Source: Asterias rubens (Eukaryota). From it: a DNA stretch of 64,000 bases. Position numbers and translations under genes: made by a program. The notes under the pieces were generated by a model, which worked only from the letters and a program-made list of their open reading frames with translations, was not told the DNA's origin and did not search any database. Numbering within the stretch: position 1 is the stretch's first letter; each line of letters opens with the position of its first letter. The stretch covers positions 2,852,001 to 2,916,000 of the forward strand of contig NC_047076.1 of the NCBI RefSeq assembly GCF_902459465.1, written 5' to 3'. Positions 59,178-64,000 of the stretch are shown here, piece after piece.

Positions 59178-59773
59178 CAAGGCATTGTTGACTTCTAAAT
59201 AAATTATGCATTTTGGATGACATTTTGCCGAGAGGGAATATTTCTTAAGATTGATGCTCGGACGTTACGAAAATTACACTCAGCTGGTTCAGGGGTATTT
59301 TTTATTGGAGTGTGAATAACTCGACGAGCCCATATTAAATTGAGCAGCTGATTACAGTTCAAGAGTCAATGTTATGTCCCTTTTACTGTACTAAGCTGTA
59401 AGACTTTTAAGTATCTTGTGTGCAATGTCCCATGTGGGACATGCGTGGTCGAAATAAAGAGATATAAAACAAAGTCGTGCTGAACATTGTTTATTAGAAC
59501 TCATGGTTAATTCTAAATTCTGAGGAACATCTGCGTTAAAAAAGTTTGTCCCGACTCTTCGTTTTTAAAGTAACTCACATGAGTGATTGTTCAAAGAAAT
59601 TTCCCTTTTTATCCTTAAAAAATGTGTTGTTTCGTTTTGGAAGAGGTATGTTCATGGGGCAGGGGTGAGGTCGAGGTTCCACATTGTTCTATTGTTTTCA
59701 GACTCAGCTGGTCTGATTGTTTTTTTCCGACCCACTCAGCATCCGGTGAAACTGATTTTATTTTGATTCTCAC

Positions 59774-60819
59774 CTCTTGCGAAATCAGTAGCTTTCCGGT
59801 TGGATCCAAATCGAAAATGTCATTACAATAGTTTCTGTCTGGATCATCATATTCTCCAGGGTTTGATAAAGCTGTTAAGCAGAAAATACAGCTTGACAAA
59901 TTGCTAAGTGGAAAGTGAGTGGGGCACCAGTTACAACAATGTAAACTTAAAGTAACTTTGGCTGGGAACCAGTTTATGTTAAAGGAAAACAATACAGAAC
60001 AATATTGGTAAGAAGGAAAAACTCGTCGATCACAGATTATCACACGATCTATGATGATGATAGTAGAAAACATCCCTTGAAATATTTCTGTCTGAAATGT
60101 CATATTTTATGAGAAATAATTAAAACTAATTTCCTGTTTGGCCGGGAGCTTATCGCTCAGTGAGCGTTTTTTTTTAATACAATTTTTTGTTTTTTAATCG
60201 GCGTCACTCAAAAATTTTTTGTCCCCCCCACTATTTTCTCGTGACCCAGATGGCCGATCGATCTCAAACTTCTACAGGTTTGTCAGTTTATGTATACACT
60301 GGATTACATAAAGTGCTTACACTGCCAGCGACTGTTTTGTTAGCAAAATCCAATTCTGTAAGGTTTCCTTAAGCAATACTTGTCTTTGCTTAGCAAGTTT
60401 GTGCTTACAGTCTTTATGAAATTGGGCCCTGGGTTTGATTTCATAGAGCTGCTTATACGCAGAGAATTACGCCTAGCAACTTTCTGCTCAGCGAAGATAA
60501 GCAGGATACCAGTCGCAGATTGTACATGTGGCATAGTACTTTGACTGGTAACCTTATTCTGATGAACATATTTTTGTTGAGCTTAGCTACTTTTTGCTCT
60601 GTAAAGTTGGGCCCAGATCAGCAGAACAAGCACTCGAGACCGAAAGCTATTGGTACGTCACCGCCGGGTAAATCAAAAGAGCGCGACTTGGAATTGTCTG
60701 TCTGCATACACCCGGCGGGACACATGCTCGTGGGGTCAAGTCGGGTTAATTCTTCCCTGGTTATGTTGCGGAACTTGTTTGTCCGTGGGAAAGTTTTTCG
60801 GGTTGTTCCCAGATTGTTC
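59774..60819 (-). CDS. Two candidate internal exons of an unidentified gene: complement(60662..60819) and complement(59774..59871)
   Basis: Acceptors tcatttcag| and tattttctgcttaacag|; donors GCG|gtgacg and GAG|gtgaga. Phases are compatible (1 to 1), giving the open read NNLGTTRKTFPRTNKFRNITREELTRLDPTSMCPAGCMQTDNSKSRSFDLPG-A-LSNPGEYDDPDRNYCNDIFDLDPTGKLLISQE. No family recognised; start and stop exons not found. Confidence 0.45.
60335..60613. mobile_element. Two abutting Harbinger-like family E elements joined at a CTG
   Basis: ...ttatgaaattgggcc|CTG|ggtttgatttcatagagctg...ctctgtaaagttgggcc|CAG. Confidence 0.6.
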
Positions 60820-61114
60820 CTGAAATGACCCTGGTCCCTCTCCGTGGGATATACTGCTGAGTCCGACTGTTTTAAAGTAAAGCAAAGTAAAATATTTGAA
60901 GAATATGCAAGTGGTTGTCTGATATGAGTGTGTCGATGAACCTTTACAGACAGGATGTTCTTCCGATTTTAATAGTCTGATTTCCAATTTTGTTCTCTCT
61001 CAGAAAGATCAGCAAAATAATTGTTAATAAAGGCCCGAAAAGTCTATACAAGCATTACACCCACGTGTACATGCACTGTTCAATATTGAACTGTGTTTTC
61101 AAGGGCAACTTTAA

Positions 61115-61498
61115 AGTTTGAGTAATTGGGTTGTAACGATTTATATGTTTAAACAAATAAATAAAGTTGTGTGTGGTGTGACTCCGCCTACCCCTTTTGT
61201 GACGTCAATCGAGGCAGACTTTTCCTCGATCGAAGATCGAACATCGAACACACGTACGTGCAGGTACATTACAATCCTAGTCGTGAGTTTGTAGGTTTCG
61301 AAAAAGGTTTTTCCGGCAATGTCGTTGTGTTGGCACTGTATGCGATTCATCGCGCCTCGATTGACGTCACGAACAGTAAATAACATGGAACCTAATTTTT
61401 TTCAACCTTAGTTAATTGTTTATTCATGTTCCACTCATCAAAACACATATTTTAGTGACAAAAGCTTTATTTTGACAAAATACCACTTCCAGGTGACT
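61115..61498. mobile_element. Kolobok-like MITE (gacgtca inverted-core family)
   Basis: TTAA flanks at 61111-61114 and 61499-61502; internal inverted pair gtgacgtcaatcgaggc...gcctcgattgacgtcac. Confidence 0.65.
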
Positions 61499-62463
61499 TT
61501 AAATATGTCATGTCTACTAATACCATAAACGCTTGCCGTTTCTTGGTGTTGTTATTGTTGTGTTGAATATTGCGGAATTACTATTTCCCCGTAGATAACA
61601 TTAGTGTCACATACCCAGGTAAACAATAGTGTTTTTTCGTCAGATATGAGCCTGTGGTGCGTTCAGTTTAATATCCGAATTCTTAAAGGTTCAACAGGCG
61701 TTGGTCTCAATGGTGTAGCGCCTCCGTGATTGGAAGTATCAGAAAATAGTCTGATACCAAACAGATGGTAGCTGACATCATCTTTATTTCCTTTAGGCCT
61801 GTACGCTACACCAGTTATAAATATCAGTGAGCAAATCACCTAAAGGAACCAGACAACCCCCACCCCCCCCCAACCAGCCTCGGTTTTCATAGCATAATTT
61901 GTTCCGAACGGTTTCGAGTGAAGAAATATTCTTGAAATGTTGGAGAAGCGGACCTCACGCGGGTCTCGGTTACGAAAACACTTGATACGAGGGTCGGGTT
62001 TGGAGCATCACTCTGAACTATGGATTATAATTTTGATTTCATTTTAAATGAAACAATGGCCCAGAAAGATTTCACTGTGAATAATATACAATATTTATTC
62101 CATTTCTCACTTGTTTTTGTAGAATCTGAAGCAACTTTTCTTGAAGCTGTTTTCAAAACGTTATAATAGCGTTTTTGTTATCCATAAAACATTGCGGCAT
62201 GACAAAATTGAGGAATTGGTGCACCTTAAAGATGGATTAGAACGGAACTCCCACATAAATATACTATCGAACCTTGTTTATGTTGTGTCCAGCTATCAAT
62301 TCATTGTTGTGGTCATGTTTTTTAAATTCTTTCAAAAAGTTTATACACATTTTTTACTGGCAGTTTAAAACGCACACATTGTTTGCAACCAAACACTATG
62401 TAGTGCAGGGATAGGGCAAAGCCACGAATAAGGTATTGAGTAAGTTACATGAAGTAGTTTACC

Positions 62464-62477
62464 GTTACCATGGTAAT
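62464..62477. promoter_or_regulatory. RFX X-box candidate GTTACCATGGTAAT
   Basis: 13/14 match to the palindromic consensus GTTRCCATGGYAAC; second half-site atggtaac at about 62509-62516. Confidence 0.45.
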
Positions 62478-62931
62478 CAAACTTAACATAGAGGCCCGCG
62501 GTCTTCCGATGGTAACAAAATAAACCGCACACACGACCCTACCGTGAACACGTAATCAAACACGTCTAGTTAAGATGAATTGCTTTATTACCAATTTTTA
62601 AACTAACATAACTGCATATCTTCGAAGTCAGAGGACAGCGTTACATAAAGATGTACATGTTAAAACTTGGACACGCTCACTTATCACGTAATAATTTTTT
62701 ATTCGAAATAATCGAATAGTTTTTTTGAAACACGTTTTGGAAGACAACGCGTTCAACCTTATTCAGCAGAGCCGTATAGTTCTCAATAGACATAATCTTT
62801 TGAATACTGAAATTCTATAGTAAAGAAAAAGCTAGGTTATGTGACCCGTTTTCAACCCGAACGTGCAGTTGCTGTGTCTATCGCACTCAAATATCGTCTG
62901 CGTTGTTTTTAGAGTTTGGTTGAAGTTTTAA

Positions 62932-63436
62932 AGGCAGTGGACACTATTGGTAATTACTCAAAATAATTATTAGCATAAAACCTTACTTGGTAACGAGTAA
63001 TGGGGAGAGGTTGATGGTATAAAACAGTGTGAGAAAACGGCACCCTCTGAAGTGCCATAGTTTTCGAGAAAGAAGTAATTTTCCACGAATTTGATTTCGA
63101 GACCTCAGATTTAGAACTTGACGAAATCAACCATGTAAACGCACACAGCTTCGTGTGACAAGGGTGTTTTTTCTTTCATTATTATCTCGCAAGTTCGACG
63201 ACAAATCGAGCTCAAATTTTCACAGGTTTGTTATTTTATGCATATGTTTAGATACACCAAGTGAAAAGACTGGTCTTCTATTATTATTTTGAGTGAGAAG
63301 TTACCTCTTCCCTCAAAAAATTACGTTACTTCAGAGGGAGCCGTTTCTCACAACTATCAACAGCTATATATCCATTGCTCGTTACCGAGTCCCAGTTCTT
63401 TGCTAAACATTATTTTATAAATAGTGTAGCAGTGCT
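62932..63436. mobile_element. Chimeric Kolobok-like family A element
   Basis: TTAA flanks; reverse-oriented body to about 63280, then a forward-oriented 3' segment. Confidence 0.65.
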
Positions 63437-63914
63437 TTAAGCATGCATGCCGATGATAATGCATGCAAGTCGAACCTACCGGTGTGTAAAGTTTGCTCAA
63501 CTGGCCCTTATTTCCGATGGTTGACGGAAATGGTTCGGACACTGGAAACTAATGGCTTTGCTTTTTAATTAGTTCTTAGCTTTTATTAGACTTGCCAATG
63601 TCCGTTTCGCTCTGGGTCTAAATCTGTAGACACACTTTTGTTATACTTAATATTTAATACCCCCCCCCCCCCCCCCCCCAAAGACTCCATTACGGGACCA
63701 GAATGTTTATGATTTGTTTCCCACTAGTTTGTATGTTTGTGTGTTTGCTGGGGTGTTTGTTTGCGTATTTTGCTTTGTTTATGGATTTTTGTTATAGTCT
63801 CAAAGAGTGTATATGTTGTTATCTTAAATCACCCCGTAAACACATGTATTATTTGCTTTGCTTAATCTAGTGAAGTCCAATAATAAATTCTGTGAACGTT
63901 TACTCCATTTTCAA

Positions 63915-63928
63915 CCGCCAGAGGGCGC
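63915..63928 (+). promoter_or_regulatory. CTCF-like motif CCGCCAGAGGGCGC
   Basis: Close match to the CTCF core consensus CCASYAGRKGGCRS; binding untested. Confidence 0.4.
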
Positions 63929-64000
63929 ACTACAATAAAATAGAGAAACTTATTCACGGAAAAACTCATTCACGGAGACTATTACTATTAGGAGCTCAAC

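Noticed and set aside
59615-60103. 162-aa minus-strand ORF as a single-exon gene
   Set aside because: Most of it is low-complexity intron-like sequence; only the 98-bp AG/GT-bounded part looks exonic.
63660-63679. Long C or G homopolymers (also ~9997, ~12358, ~22010, ~36809, ~46749)
   Set aside because: Simple mononucleotide runs, common in such genomes and of uncertain length in assemblies; no further structure.

Overview
AT-rich, intron-containing animal genomic DNA. It is probably an invertebrate deuterostome such as a sea star; this is inferred from gene content and repeat style, not proven. No prokaryotic features, CRISPR arrays or rRNA were found. I reconstructed these genes by hand from splice sites. 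(1) Two head-to-head, two-exon bursicon-beta-like cystine-knot hormone genes (1236-6760 minus; 14397-15993 plus), whose second exons are invisible in the ORF track; no bursicon-alpha gene is present. (2) HPRT1 (minus, 7 coding exons). (3) Enkurin (minus, 3 exons), divergent from a 5-exon DUF1295 membrane-protein gene (plus). (4) Three single-exon-CDS Tre1/Moody/GPR84-like class A GPCR paralogs. (5) Two phase-compatible candidate exons of an unidentified minus-strand gene near 60 kb, with an RFX X-box upstream. Intergenic and intronic space is dense with non-autonomous DNA transposons (TTAA-flanked Kolobok-like families, CWG-flanked Harbinger-like families, fold-back elements), one tRNA-derived SINE and many degenerate tandem repeats. 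The most interesting signals are the paired bursicon-beta paralogs (one with an extra 12th cysteine) and repeated local duplications of gene-boundary signals: a splice donor, an acceptor+ATG module, a first coding exon and a stop codon.
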